From Methylorubrum extorquens (lineage in GTDB: Bacteria > Pseudomonadota > Alphaproteobacteria > Rhizobiales > Beijerinckiaceae): DNA of 32,000 nucleotides. The stretch spans positions 2,610,001 through 2,642,000 of the forward strand of contig LT962688.1 in the NCBI GenBank assembly GCA_900234795.1. Direction: 5' to 3'. Position numbers and translations under genes: made by a program. Shown here in pieces: positions 9,035 through 17,296 of this stretch; the stretch's first letter is position 1; each line of letters opens with the position of its first letter. The notes beneath the pieces were generated by a model. It was not told where the DNA came from, ran no database searches, and saw only the letters and a program-made list of their open reading frames with translations.

Positions 9035-9424
9035 ATGGAATTTCGACGCTTTCACCCCAGCAACGCGCCCCCATCCCGCTCCCGTCGCGCCCCTGCGCCG
9101 GCGTCGGACGATGGGGTGCAGGGCGCGTGGCGCACGCTGCCTCTCGAAGGCCGCTTCGAGGTCGTCTACGAGGACGCCCGCGGCGCTTGGACGACCCGCA
9201 CGCTGGACGCGCGCGAGCTGAAGCTCGGGCCCGGCCGCACCCTGCTCGGCGGCACCGACCGGGCGCACGGGCTTTATCGCGGCCTGCGCGCCGACCGCAT
9301 CCGACGGCTCACCGAGTCCACCGCGGGCACGCGGATCGAAACCGGTATCTTGGATTGGCTGCTCGCCCGCGCCGAGGCGCAGCGGAAGGCTCGGAGCGCG
9401 CGCATCCCCCGCCGGGCGGCGTGA
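9035..9424 (+). CDS. Hypothetical small protein with a WYL-like segment
   Basis: The frame has high GC3. The segment FEVVYEDARGAWTTRTLDARELKLGPGRTLLGGTDRAHGLYRGLRADRIRRL resembles a stand-alone WYL-type fold ending in an RaDRI motif. The start is uncertain (8984 or 9035). Confidence 0.45.
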   Translation: MEFRRFHPSNAPPSRSRRAPAPASDDGVQGAWRTLPLEGRFEVVYEDARGAWTTRTLDARELKLGPGRTLLGGTDRAHGLYRGLRADRIRRLTESTAGTRIETGILDWLLARAEAQRKARSARIPRRAA

Positions 9425-9519
9425 AGGAGCGAAGTTTTCGTCGTGAAGCGCAATCGCGTGGGGACAAGAGGCCCCTCGTCGTCTCGCGGTGACGCGCGTC
9501 CTTCGGTATAGCCGGTTCT

Positions 9520-10674
9520 ATGGAACTGATCTCCGCAACGCAGGCTCTGTCCGACGCCTGCACCCAATTCGCCGCGCAGCCGTTCGTGACCGTCGATACG
9601 GAGTTCATGCGCGAGACGACCTACTATCCGAAGCTCTGCCTGATTCAGATGGCCGGGCCCGACGGATTCGCCTGCCTCGTCGATCCGCTCGCGAAAGATC
9701 TCGATCTCAAGCCGTTCTTCGACCTGATGGCCGATGAGAGCACCGTGAAGGTGTTCCATTCGGCCCGGCAGGATCTGGAGATCATCTGGCTGCTCGGCGG
9801 ACTGCTGCCGCAGCCGTTCTTCGACACGCAGGTCGCGGCCATGGTCTGCGGCTACGGCGACTCGGTCTCCTACGAGCAGCTGGTCAACGATGTCGCCAAG
9901 GCGCGCATCGACAAGTCCTCCCGTTTCACCGACTGGTCGCGGCGCCCCCTGTCCGAGGCGCAGCTCGCCTACGCCCTGTCGGACGTCACCCATCTCGTGA
10001 CGATCTATCAGGTGCTCGCGGCCGAACTGCTGAGCACCGACCGCGGCCTCTGGCTCGACGAGGAGATGGCGGTCCTCACCTCGCCGGAGACCTATCAGGC
10101 CGAGCCCGCTCAGGCGTGGCGCCGGCTCGCGGGGCGGATGCGCAAGCCGCGCGAGATCGCCGTGCTCATGGAAGTGGCCGCGTGGCGCGAGGCCGAGGCC
10201 CAGAGCCGCAACGTCCCCCGCGGGCGCATCCTCAAGGACGAGGCGGTGATCGACATCGCCACCGCCGGCCCCCGCAGCGTCGAGGCCCTGGGGCGCCTGC
10301 GCACCATCCCGGCCGGCTTCGAGCGCTCGCGCACCGGCACCGAAATCCTCGCCGCGGTCGAGCGGGGCTTTGCCCGCGACCCCTCGCAGATCGCCGTGCC
10401 CGAGCGCAGCCGCTCCCGCGGTGGCGGCAACGGCGCGCTCATCGATCTTCTCAAGGTGCTGCTCAAGGCGGTGGCCGAGGCCGAGGGCGTGGCGCCCAAG
10501 ATCATCGCCACCGTCGATGACCTCGAAGCACTCGCCGAGGACGACGCCGCGGATGTGGCCGTGCTCCAGGGCTGGCGCCGCTCCCTGTTCGGCGACAAGG
10601 CCCTGGCGCTCAAACACGGGCGCATGGCGCTCTCCGTCGAGCGCGGCCGGGTCACCGTGCGCGAACTGCCGTAG
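9520..10674 (+). CDS. rnd: Ribonuclease D
   Basis: 384-aa ORF with the DEDDy exonuclease motifs ([31 protein letters not shown]) followed by an HRDC-like region. Confidence 0.95.
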   Translation: MELISATQALSDACTQFAAQPFVTVDTEFMRETTYYPKLCLIQMAGPDGFACLVDPLAKDLDLKPFFDLMADESTVKVFHSARQDLEIIWLLGGLLPQPFFDTQVAAMVCGYGDSVSYEQLVNDVAKARIDKSSRFTDWSRRPLSEAQLAYALSDVTHLVTIYQVLAAELLSTDRGLWLDEEMAVLTSPETYQAEPAQAWRRLAGRMRKPREIAVLMEVAAWREAEAQSRNVPRGRILKDEAVIDIATAGPRSVEALGRLRTIPAGFERSRTGTEILAAVERGFARDPSQIAVPERSRSRGGGNGALIDLLKVLLKAVAEAEGVAPKIIATVDDLEALAEDDAADVAVLQGWRRSLFGDKALALKHGRMALSVERGRVTVRELP

Positions 10675-10835
10675 CCGTTCGCCGTTGCAGCGGACGGCGC
10701 CCCCATGTCCCGATGCAGGCTGGGAGAAGAGGGGAACTGTCATTGCAGCATCTTGGCGTTGGAACGCGGGTGCCGTAGTTCGGGATTAAGTGGCAAATCG
10801 TTTTGCCTCTCATTCCCGGCTGCTGACCCCACCCC

Positions 10836-11123
10836 ATGTTCGAGCCGAACGAAGTCCTCCAGGTTCTGAGCGGACGCGGTGCCGTGTCCGCTCAGGGGAT
10901 CGAGCCGGTCGCAGTCCGCTACAAGGTCGTCATCGAGCGCCGTAGCGGCATCGTCGTCGCCCATGGCAGCCTCACCGGCCGGCACGCGGCCCTGCACCCG
11001 CTCTGGATCACGCCGGATGCGACGCTTCACTTGAAGGATTCCCGGCGCCTGGCCGTGTCCCTCACCGATCTCGTCGGCGATACCGCGGAGTTCGAGAGCA
11101 CCGAGCCGGTTGCGCCGGGCTGA
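10836..11123 (+). CDS. Hypothetical protein (95 aa)
   Basis: The ORF has genome-typical high GC3 and a balanced composition. It has no obvious SD and I recognise no family. Confidence 0.5.
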   Translation: MFEPNEVLQVLSGRGAVSAQGIEPVAVRYKVVIERRSGIVVAHGSLTGRHAALHPLWITPDATLHLKDSRRLAVSLTDLVGDTAEFESTEPVAPG

Positions 11124-11172
11124 CGCCGGCCCAACAGTGGGGCCGATTTCCTGCCACGCTCCCCACTGATCC

Positions 11173-12099
11173 ATGACGTGCACCCCTTCGCCTGCGACCC
11201 GAGAGGACGGGGCCCGCTTCACGCTGGCCTGCCGCCAGCCCTACGATTGGCTGCATCTCGAACGCTTCTTCGCCGACCATGCGAGCCCCGGCGTCGAAGC
11301 CGTGACGCCCGGCCACTATGCCCGGACCTTCGCCCTCGACGGGCAGCGCGGCACCGTCTCCGTGACGGCCGAAGCGAGCGCGTTGTCAGTTTGTATCCGC
11401 GGCCTCGGTTCGGATGACGATCCCGAAAACATCCTCGCGCGGGTGCGGGCGATGTTCGATCTCGACGCCGACCCGCGGGCGATCGCAGCCGGGCTCGGCC
11501 GCGATCCGTTCACCGCCGGCCTCGTGGGGCGCCGGCCGGGTCTGCGGATGCCGGGCGCCTTCGATGGGTTCGAACTGGCGGTCCGGGCGATCCTCGGCCA
11601 GCAGGTCTCGGTCGCGGCCGCGACGCGTCTCGCCGGCCGCCTCGTCGCGGGTTTCGGCACGCCCCTCGACGCGGAGACGTTGGGGGACGAGCCGGGTCTC
11701 ACCCACCTGTTTCCGACGCCGGAGCAGCTGGTGGACGCCGAAATTTCGCTCGTGCTCAACATGCCCCGCGCCCGCGGCCGTGCGATCCAGGGGCTTGCCG
11801 CGGCGATGCTTGCGACGCCGGACCTGTTCGCGCCCGGCGGCGGACTCGACGCGACAGTTGCCCGGCTGAAGGCCCTGCCCGGCATCGGGGATTGGACCGC
11901 GCATTACGTCGCCATGCGCGCTCTGGCCCAAGCCGACGCCTTTCCGGCGGGGGATGTCGGGCTGATGCGGGCCCTCGATGTTGGCGACGGGCGGCCGAGC
12001 CGGCTGGCACTTCTCGACCGTGCGGCGGCTTGGCGGCCCTGGCGAGCCTATGCCGCGATCCATCTCTGGGCCGAGGATGCCGCGCGGAGGATGCCATGA
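11173..12099 (+). CDS. alkA: DNA-3-methyladenine glycosylase II (AlkA-like, HhH-GPD)
   Basis: 308-aa ORF with an AlkA_N-like N-terminus, the segment ELAVRAILGQQVSVAAATRLAGRL, the HhH motif LKALPGIGDWTAHYVAMRAL, and AFPAGDVGL, which contains the candidate catalytic Asp. Confidence 0.85.
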   Translation: MTCTPSPATREDGARFTLACRQPYDWLHLERFFADHASPGVEAVTPGHYARTFALDGQRGTVSVTAEASALSVCIRGLGSDDDPENILARVRAMFDLDADPRAIAAGLGRDPFTAGLVGRRPGLRMPGAFDGFELAVRAILGQQVSVAAATRLAGRLVAGFGTPLDAETLGDEPGLTHLFPTPEQLVDAEISLVLNMPRARGRAIQGLAAAMLATPDLFAPGGGLDATVARLKALPGIGDWTAHYVAMRALAQADAFPAGDVGLMRALDVGDGRPSRLALLDRAAAWRPWRAYAAIHLWAEDAARRMP

Positions 12100-12533
12100 C
12101 GATCCGTGATCCCGCCGCCGCCGACGAGGCCGGATGGCGCCGGCTCTGGGCCGGCTATCTCGCCTTCTACGGTGAGACTCTGCCGGAGGCAGTCACCGCC
12201 GCGACCTGGGCGCGCATGCTCGATCCGGCCTCGCCGGTCTTCGCACGGCTGGCGGAGCGGGACGGGTCGCTGGTCGGCATGACGGTCAACGTCCTGCACG
12301 AGGGGACGTGGAGTACGACGCCGGTCTGCTACCTGGAGGACCTGTTCGTCGCGCCCGAGGCGCGCGGCGGCGGGATCGGCCAGGCGCTGATCGCCGACCT
12401 CGTCGAGCGGGGCAAGGCGCGGGGCTGGTCGCGGCTCTACTGGCACACGCGGGCCGGGAACGCGCAGGCCCGGCGGCTCTACGAGCGCTTTGTCGCGGCC
12501 GACGACTTCTGCCGCTACCGCCTCGTCCTTTAG
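12096..12533 (+). CDS. GNAT-family N-acetyltransferase
   Basis: I take the start at ATG 12096, which overlaps the alkA stop as ATGA. The acetyl-CoA-binding motif LFVAPEARGGGIGQALIADLVERGKARG is present. Confidence 0.85.
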   Translation: MTIRDPAAADEAGWRRLWAGYLAFYGETLPEAVTAATWARMLDPASPVFARLAERDGSLVGMTVNVLHEGTWSTTPVCYLEDLFVAPEARGGGIGQALIADLVERGKARGWSRLYWHTRAGNAQARRLYERFVAADDFCRYRLVL

Positions 12534-12589
12534 GTGTTAACGCCGCGTTTACCATGATCGCGTCACGGTTGGGCTCAGCGGAGAGAGCG

Positions 12590-12808
12590 ATGAACCGACG
12601 AGTCGGCCGTACTTTCGATGTCCTCAGCGAGGCGCAGCTTGTCGCCGGGCGCACCGTCGCCCGCCGAGTCGCACCGGACGCGCTGGCGCCCCATGCCAGG
12701 CCTCGGCCGATCGCCCAGCTTCTCGACACCATCCAGCACGTCGCGGAAGCCGCGACCGGGGAGCGCAGCTTCCTGCATGTCGGCGCGGCGCCGCGTCGGA
12801 AGGGCTGA
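12590..12808 (+). CDS. Hypothetical small protein (72 aa)
   Basis: ATG 12590 is preceded by GGAGAGAG at 4-11 nt, and the frame has high GC3 (MNRRVGRTFDVLSEAQLVAGRTVARRV...). It is convergent with the metallophosphoesterase gene. It appears in the track only as the tail of a 166-aa shadow ORF. Confidence 0.35.
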   Translation: MNRRVGRTFDVLSEAQLVAGRTVARRVAPDALAPHARPRPIAQLLDTIQHVAEAATGERSFLHVGAAPRRKG

Positions 12809-12821
12809 GGCGCGCAAGCCC

Positions 12822-13736
12822 TCAGGCCGCGGGTGGTTCGCCACCCAGTTCGATCAGGACGATTTCCGGCGGCACCCCGACGCGGATGCCGACCTGGCTG
12901 ACGCCGAGGCCGCCGGAGATGATGAGGTGGCGCCCGTCCTCGACCACATGGCCGTAGGCGAAGCGCTGGCCGTAGCGGGAGGGCAGCACCGGCGAGTAGC
13001 CTAACACGCGGATCTGGCCGCCATGGGTGTGGCCCGAGAGCGTGAGGGAGACGCGCGAGGGCACTTTCACGAAGATGTCGGGCTCGTGCGCCATCAGGAT
13101 CACCGGCGCCGCATCCGTCACCTGTGCCAGCGTGGCGGGAAGGTCGGCGAGGCTCTGGCGGCTGCCGAGCGGGCGGAACGGCTCCTGATCCGCGAGTCCG
13201 GCGATCCAGAACGGCCGGCCGTCATGTGTCAGACGAATCGCGTCGTTCTCCAGCACCGGAATGCCGCGCGCTTCGAGCAGCAGCCGGATTTCGACGGGGC
13301 CCTTGCCCGCACGCATCGCCTCGGGATCGTCCCACCAATCGTGGTTGCCGAGGACGGCGTAGGTGCCGAGCGGTGCGCGTAGACCCTCGGCCAGCCGCGC
13401 GAAATCGGACAACGGCACTCGGTGCCACGTCACCTTTCGGCCGGCCGGGTAATCGCCGAGCAGAAGGATCAGGTCGGGGGCGAGCGCGTTCGTCGCCGCC
13501 ACGATCTCCGCCACACGGTCGAGCGGCATATAGGGCTCGCAGACATGGATGTCGGCGAGCACCGCGATGCGCAGTCTGTGTCCGGGGTCCCAACCTGGGG
13601 GCGTCAGGCCGTAGCGGGTCAGCGCGAGCCGGAACCGCGGTTCGACGATGAAGGCGTAGGCGCCCCCGGAGCCGAGCGTCAGCGCCGAGGCGCCGAATCC
13701 GCCGAGAACCTGCCTGCGGGTCGGGAGAATGAGCAT
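12822..13736 (-). CDS. Metallophosphoesterase (YaeI-like), probable Tat/Sec-exported
   Basis: 304-aa ORF with the N-terminal motif RRQVLGGFGASALTLG and the calcineurin-like motifs LADIHV, LLGDY, GNHDWW and GHTHGGQ. Confidence 0.85.
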   Translation of the reverse strand: MLILPTRRQVLGGFGASALTLGSGGAYAFIVEPRFRLALTRYGLTPPGWDPGHRLRIAVLADIHVCEPYMPLDRVAEIVAATNALAPDLILLLGDYPAGRKVTWHRVPLSDFARLAEGLRAPLGTYAVLGNHDWWDDPEAMRAGKGPVEIRLLLEARGIPVLENDAIRLTHDGRPFWIAGLADQEPFRPLGSRQSLADLPATLAQVTDAAPVILMAHEPDIFVKVPSRVSLTLSGHTHGGQIRVLGYSPVLPSRYGQRFAYGHVVEDGRHLIISGGLGVSQVGIRVGVPPEIVLIELGGEPPAA

Positions 13737-13773
13737 GCCGCCAGAGCCGATGGCGTGGCGGCAGCGTCAAGCC

Positions 13774-13989
13774 TCAATCGACGGGCTCGTCCTCGTGAAC
13801 GACGCGTACGGCGTTCCGGGCCTCAGCCTTGGCGCGGGCCGCTTTCATGGCAGCGCTGCTGACATGGACCGCGGCGGCAAGCGCCGGCAGAGCGACGGGC
13901 CGGAAATTCTCGCGATCCCCGGCCACGGTTACCGGGCGGGCGATGCCCGGCTCGGCCGCGAAGGTCGGGGTTCGGCTGGGGGCGTACAT
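13774..13989 (-). CDS. Hypothetical small protein (71 aa)
   Basis: Internal ATG 13989 is preceded by AGGACAGGA. GC3 is high from MYAPSRTPTFAAEPGIARPV onward, while the longer 120-aa version has an Arg-rich, low-quality N-terminus. Confidence 0.45.
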   Translation of the reverse strand: MYAPSRTPTFAAEPGIARPVTVAGDRENFRPVALPALAAAVHVSSAAMKAARAKAEARNAVRVVHEDEPVD

Positions 13990-14321
13990 GGATCCTGTCC
14001 TGTTTGCGCGTCGGGACGGCCGGTTGGCGACCGCGTCGGCTCGATCGTTGGCCTCGCGAACATGGCGAGGACGACCCTTCAACACCCCGCTCGTGGCGAG
14101 ATTGCGAAGATGCCGTCCGCCCTTTGATCGACCCAACTACATGAACGGCAGCTTAAGACTTCGGCTCAGCCTGAATTTCGCGCACGGCGACAAATCGGGC
14201 ACGGCCTATGGTCGCTTTTCGGCCACGCGATAGTGCATTGCAACGTGGCCCATCTTGCAACGCCCTCAGTCGATTTACACCGGAAGAGCCGGTGACTTGA
14301 ACCGCCGTCCCGATACGCCGC

Positions 14322-15713
14322 TCATGGGACGGGCATCGGTTCCAAACCCTCCTGCGCGATCCAGGCTGCGGTGCGATCCAGGGCGCGGGTCAGGCGTTCG
14401 AACAAGGTGTCGATTTCGTCGGGCTCGATCAACAGCGGCGGGCAGACGGCGATGCGGTCACCGGCCAGGAAGCGCACGATCAGCCCCTCGTCCTGCGCGA
14501 AGGCAACGCAGCGCGCCGCTACCGCCGCCTTCGGCTCGAACTGACGCTTCGAAGGCTTGTCGGCCACGATCTCGATGCCGCCGATCAGCCCCATGCCCCG
14601 CGCCTCGCCGACGAGAGGATGGTCGGCCAGCCGGGCCAGGGCCGCTTGGAAATGCGGCGCACGCTCCCCGGCCCGCTCGACGATACGGTCACGCCGGTAG
14701 ATGTGCAGCGCGCGGTTGGCCACGGCGCAGGCGACGGGATGCCCGGAATAGGTGGTGCCGTGGCCGAAGCCACCGAGCTTGATGCTCTCGTCGAGCATCG
14801 CCCGGTAGAGCGGCTCGTCGATGCTGATGCCGCCGAGGGGGAGGTAGCCGGAGGTCAGCGCCTTGGCGAAGGAGAGGGTGTTCGGGCGCATGCCGAGCGC
14901 TTCGCTGCCGAACCACGTGCCGAGCCGGCCGAAGCCGCAGATCACCTCGTCGGCGACGAGGCGCACGTCGTAGCGGTCGAGCACTGCCTGGATCGCCGGG
15001 AAATAGCCGGCCGGCGGCACGATGGCCCCGCCCGCCCCCATCACCGGCTCGGCGAAGAAGGCGGCCACCGTGTCGGGATCCTCGGCGAGGATCTGCGCTT
15101 CGAGTTCTGCCGCGAGACGCTGCGAATAGGCTTCCTCGCTCTCGCCCGCCTCGGCGCCGCGGTAATGGTGCGGGCAGGCGGTGTGGAGGAAGCCGTCGAT
15201 CGGCAGGTCCCAGTCGGCGTGATTGGCGGGAAGGCCGGTGAGCGAAGCGGTCGCCACGGTGACGCCGTGATAGCCCTTCCTGCGGGCGATGATCTTCTTC
15301 TTGCGCGGGCGCCCCAGCGCGTTGTTCATGTACCAGAGAAGCTTGACCTGAGCGTCGTTGGCCTCGGAGCCCGAAGACGTGAAGAAGATCTTCGAGGTCG
15401 GGACCGGCATCAGCTCCTTGAGCGTCTCAGCCAGCTCGATCGCCGGATCGTGGCTGCGGCCCGAGAACAGGTGTGCGAAGGGCAGCCGGCCCATCTGCTC
15501 GGCAGCGGCCTCGACCAATTCCTCGTTGCCGTAGCCCAGGGCCGTGCACCAGAGCCCGGCCATGCCCTCAAGATACGGGCGCCCGTCCGTGTCGTAGACC
15601 CAGACGCCGTGGCCTCGCTCCAGCACCAGCGGGCCGGTCTCCCGGAAGGTGGAAAGATTGGTATAGGGATGGATCAGGGTCTCGACGTCGCGGGCGGCGA
15701 TGTTCGACAGCAT
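14322..15713 (-). CDS. Class-III (omega) aminotransferase, PLP-dependent
   Basis: I take the start at ATG 15713 (MLSNIAARDVETLIHPYTNL). The typical segments GLWCTALGYG, SGSEANDAQVK and DEVICGFGRLG are present, and the PLP lysine lies in SFAKALTSGY. The track ORF begins at an upstream TTG. Confidence 0.9.
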   Translation of the reverse strand: MLSNIAARDVETLIHPYTNLSTFRETGPLVLERGHGVWVYDTDGRPYLEGMAGLWCTALGYGNEELVEAAAEQMGRLPFAHLFSGRSHDPAIELAETLKELMPVPTSKIFFTSSGSEANDAQVKLLWYMNNALGRPRKKKIIARRKGYHGVTVATASLTGLPANHADWDLPIDGFLHTACPHHYRGAEAGESEEAYSQRLAAELEAQILAEDPDTVAAFFAEPVMGAGGAIVPPAGYFPAIQAVLDRYDVRLVADEVICGFGRLGTWFGSEALGMRPNTLSFAKALTSGYLPLGGISIDEPLYRAMLDESIKLGGFGHGTTYSGHPVACAVANRALHIYRRDRIVERAGERAPHFQAALARLADHPLVGEARGMGLIGGIEIVADKPSKRQFEPKAAVAARCVAFAQDEGLIVRFLAGDRIAVCPPLLIEPDEIDTLFERLTRALDRTAAWIAQEGLEPMPVP

Positions 15714-15835
15714 GATGCGGCAGCCGGAAGTCTTCGCCGACGGGGCGCGCCGGCAACCTCGCCACACTAACGGCCGCAATCTCCCTCAGGAAGGCGCCGT
15801 TCGCCTCATCGATTGACACAACCGACCCGCTCGCG

Positions 15836-16375
15836 ATGCTCGATCCGGCCACCATCGTCGCCGTGCCCGCTCCGGGCCGCGCCTGCGGCCCCTGCACCTT
15901 GTGCTGCAAGGTCTACGACGTGCCCGCCGTCGAGAGCCCGGCGGGGCGGTGGTGCCGGCATGTCCGCTCCGGCGGCGGCTGCGGCATCCATGCCGAGCGG
16001 CCTGACCATTGCCGGGCTTTCCACTGCCTCTGGATGACGGAAAGCTGGATCGGTCCCGAATGGCGTCCGGACCGGGCCAAGATGGTGCTCAGTCTCGACC
16101 CCGTGACCCGCTTCCTCAACGTGCAGGTCGATCCCGGTCAGGCGGGAGCCTGGAAGCGCGCGCCGTATCACGACCAATTGCGGCGCTGGGCTGCAGCCTC
16201 GCTGCCGCTGCAGCGCTACGTGCTCGTCCACGTCAACAAGGTGACGACGGTCGTCCTGCCGGATCGGGACGTGGCCCTTGGCACCTTCGGGCCCGGCGAC
16301 CGGTTGGTGGGCCGCGAACGCATGACGCCGACGGGGATGACCGCCGACGTGGAGAAGGTCTCGCAGCTGGCTTGA
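15836..16375 (+). CDS. YkgJ-family cysteine-cluster (CxxCxxCC) protein
   Basis: 179-aa ORF with the CGPCTLCC motif near the N-terminus plus a later C...CGIH...C..FHC cluster. It is divergent from the aminotransferase gene. Confidence 0.8.
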   Translation: MLDPATIVAVPAPGRACGPCTLCCKVYDVPAVESPAGRWCRHVRSGGGCGIHAERPDHCRAFHCLWMTESWIGPEWRPDRAKMVLSLDPVTRFLNVQVDPGQAGAWKRAPYHDQLRRWAAASLPLQRYVLVHVNKVTTVVLPDRDVALGTFGPGDRLVGRERMTPTGMTADVEKVSQLA

Positions 16376-16473
16376 AGCGGTCCGTCGCTGGAGCACGCGA
16401 ACTTACAGCGCCCCGGAATCTCGATGCCGTCGCGGCTTGGACCGGTCCGACATGTTCGTCCGGCGCGGACGCG

Positions 16474-16836
16474 TCAGGTCATGCAGCGGCCGGGCACCAT
16501 GCGGCGCGCCTCCGGCCCGACGAGCGAGCTGAGCGGAGCCTCGCAGCCCTCCCGCGTCAGGCGACGGGGCTTGGCCGGCAACTCTTCCTGAGCGGAGCGG
16601 GTCGGCATCGACTCCGAGCGCGTGGACGGACGGGGCGCCGTCGCCACATGGATCGGGGTCAGAGCGGTGGAATAGGGGCGCATGCCCGGAAGCGGCGTGG
16701 CCGGCGCCTCGTAGGCGACGCGCGGAGCCGTTGGGGCTCCCATCGCATCGGCTTCCTGCCGGACCACCGGCAGAAGCAGCAGGGTCATGATCGCAGCGGG
16801 AACACTCACACCGAGGGCGAAGCCGGTCCGAAGCAT
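16474..16836 (-). CDS. Hypothetical secreted or membrane-anchored protein (120 aa), putative GSR regulon member
   Basis: ATG 16836 is preceded by GGGGAT. The N-terminal hydrophobic segment is GFALGVSVPAAIMTLLLLPVV, the middle is Pro/Thr/Ala-rich, and two C-terminal Cys are present. GC3 is acceptable. A perfect EcfG-type promoter lies 40-65 nt upstream. Confidence 0.55.
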   Translation of the reverse strand: MLRTGFALGVSVPAAIMTLLLLPVVRQEADAMGAPTAPRVAYEAPATPLPGMRPYSTALTPIHVATAPRPSTRSESMPTRSAQEELPAKPRRLTREGCEAPLSSLVGPEARRMVPGRCMT

Positions 16837-16876
16837 CTTTGCGATCCCCGATGGGAGCTTGACAGGTTGTCATCAC

Positions 16877-16902
16877 AACGCTGCTTTCAGATCTTCGGTT
16901 CC
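16877..16902 (-). promoter_or_regulatory. sigma-EcfG-type promoter (GGAAC-N17-CGTT)
   Basis: On the minus strand, GGAAC is at 16902-16898, a 17-nt spacer follows, and CGTT is at 16880-16877. The -10 element is about 40 nt upstream of ATG 16836. Confidence 0.7.
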
Positions 16903-17056
16903 TTCACTGTCCCGCTTCGGATCACATCAGTATTTTCATCTTCATCGGCGCGTCCGCTCCCGCAATGCAGCGGATGCGTGGAGGGAGAGAGCGCCGGAGG
17001 GTCGTGATAAAAAAGCACCTGTGGATGAAAAATCTGCGGGGTCCGGAGCCGAATTC

Positions 17057-17081
17057 GGAACCTGGCGGATGGTCATTAGTT
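17057..17081 (+). promoter_or_regulatory. Near-consensus sigma-EcfG-type promoter (GGAAC-N16-AGTT)
   Basis: GGAAC is at 17057-17061, a 16-nt spacer follows, and AGTT is at 17078-17081, so the GTT core is kept and the C is replaced by A. It points into a non-coding stretch that ends at a strong terminator. Confidence 0.4.
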
Positions 17082-17084
17082 AGA

Positions 17085-17176
17085 GAATCACCCGGCCACT
17101 CTGGTCCTCCCCGCATTCCCCTTGTGCATCGGCCGGAACCTTTTCACGGGTCGGACAATGGTCCGGCCCGTTTTTT
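17085..17176 (+). ncRNA. Candidate ~90-nt sRNA (GsrN-like candidate), GSR-associated
   Basis: It is bounded by the promoter-like motif at 17057-17081 and the intrinsic terminator at 17147-17176. No SD-led ORF is present, since the only long frame runs through the terminator with poor codon usage. It carries C-rich motifs CCTCCCC (17106-17112) and TTCCCCTT (17116-17123). A possible stem CCGGCC (17092-17097) / GGCCGG (17131-17136) encloses them. The 5' end is estimated and not observed. Confidence 0.4.
17147..17176 (+). terminator. Rho-independent terminator (plus strand)
   Basis: CGGGTCGGAC, loop AATG, GTCCGGCCCG: a 10-bp stem with one G-U pair, followed by TTTTTT (17171-17176). Confidence 0.7.
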
Positions 17177-17240
17177 CCTGCGCATTTGCATCGAGCCGGC
17201 TGCCCGTGGGTGATGCTCGCCGCGGCGCTCATCGCGCACG

Positions 17241-17270
17241 AAAAAAGGCGCCAGCCTCTCGGCCGGCGCC
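17241..17270 (-). terminator. Rho-independent terminator of phyR
   Basis: The minus-strand RNA reads GGCGCCGGCC, loop GAGA, GGCUGGCGCC (10-bp stem with one G-U pair), followed by UUUUUU (plus-strand A-run at 17241-17246). It lies 27 nt downstream of the phyR stop. Confidence 0.75.
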
Positions 17271-17296
17271 CTCGGTCACTGTTCTGAAGTTTTAGC

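Noticed and set aside
9274-10743. 489-aa minus-strand ORF antisense to rnd
   Set aside because: The RNase D frame carries all the DEDDy motifs, and this antisense frame is low-complexity.
10733-10760. GGAAC ... CGTT upstream of the 95-aa ORF
   Set aside because: The spacer is 19 nt. EcfG-type promoters need 16-17 nt, so I do not count it as a stress promoter.
14246-14259. sigma-54-like TGGCCC...TTGCA motif
   Set aside because: The GG-to-GC spacing is 10 nt where the -24/-12 consensus needs 12 nt, and no activator or suitable downstream gene is present.
17135-17160. Second GGAAC (17135-17139) inside the sRNA candidate
   Set aside because: The sequence 16-17 nt downstream is CAAT/AATG, not (C/A/G)GTT. 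This GGAAC is more likely part of the stem that flanks the terminator.
16965-17213. 82-aa plus ORF (and 64-aa minus ORF 16922..17116) in the phyR-proximal gap
   Set aside because: These have low GC3, an Arg/Pro-rich implausible sequence and no properly spaced SD. The plus ORF also reads straight through a strong intrinsic terminator. I treat the region as non-coding (sRNA candidate).
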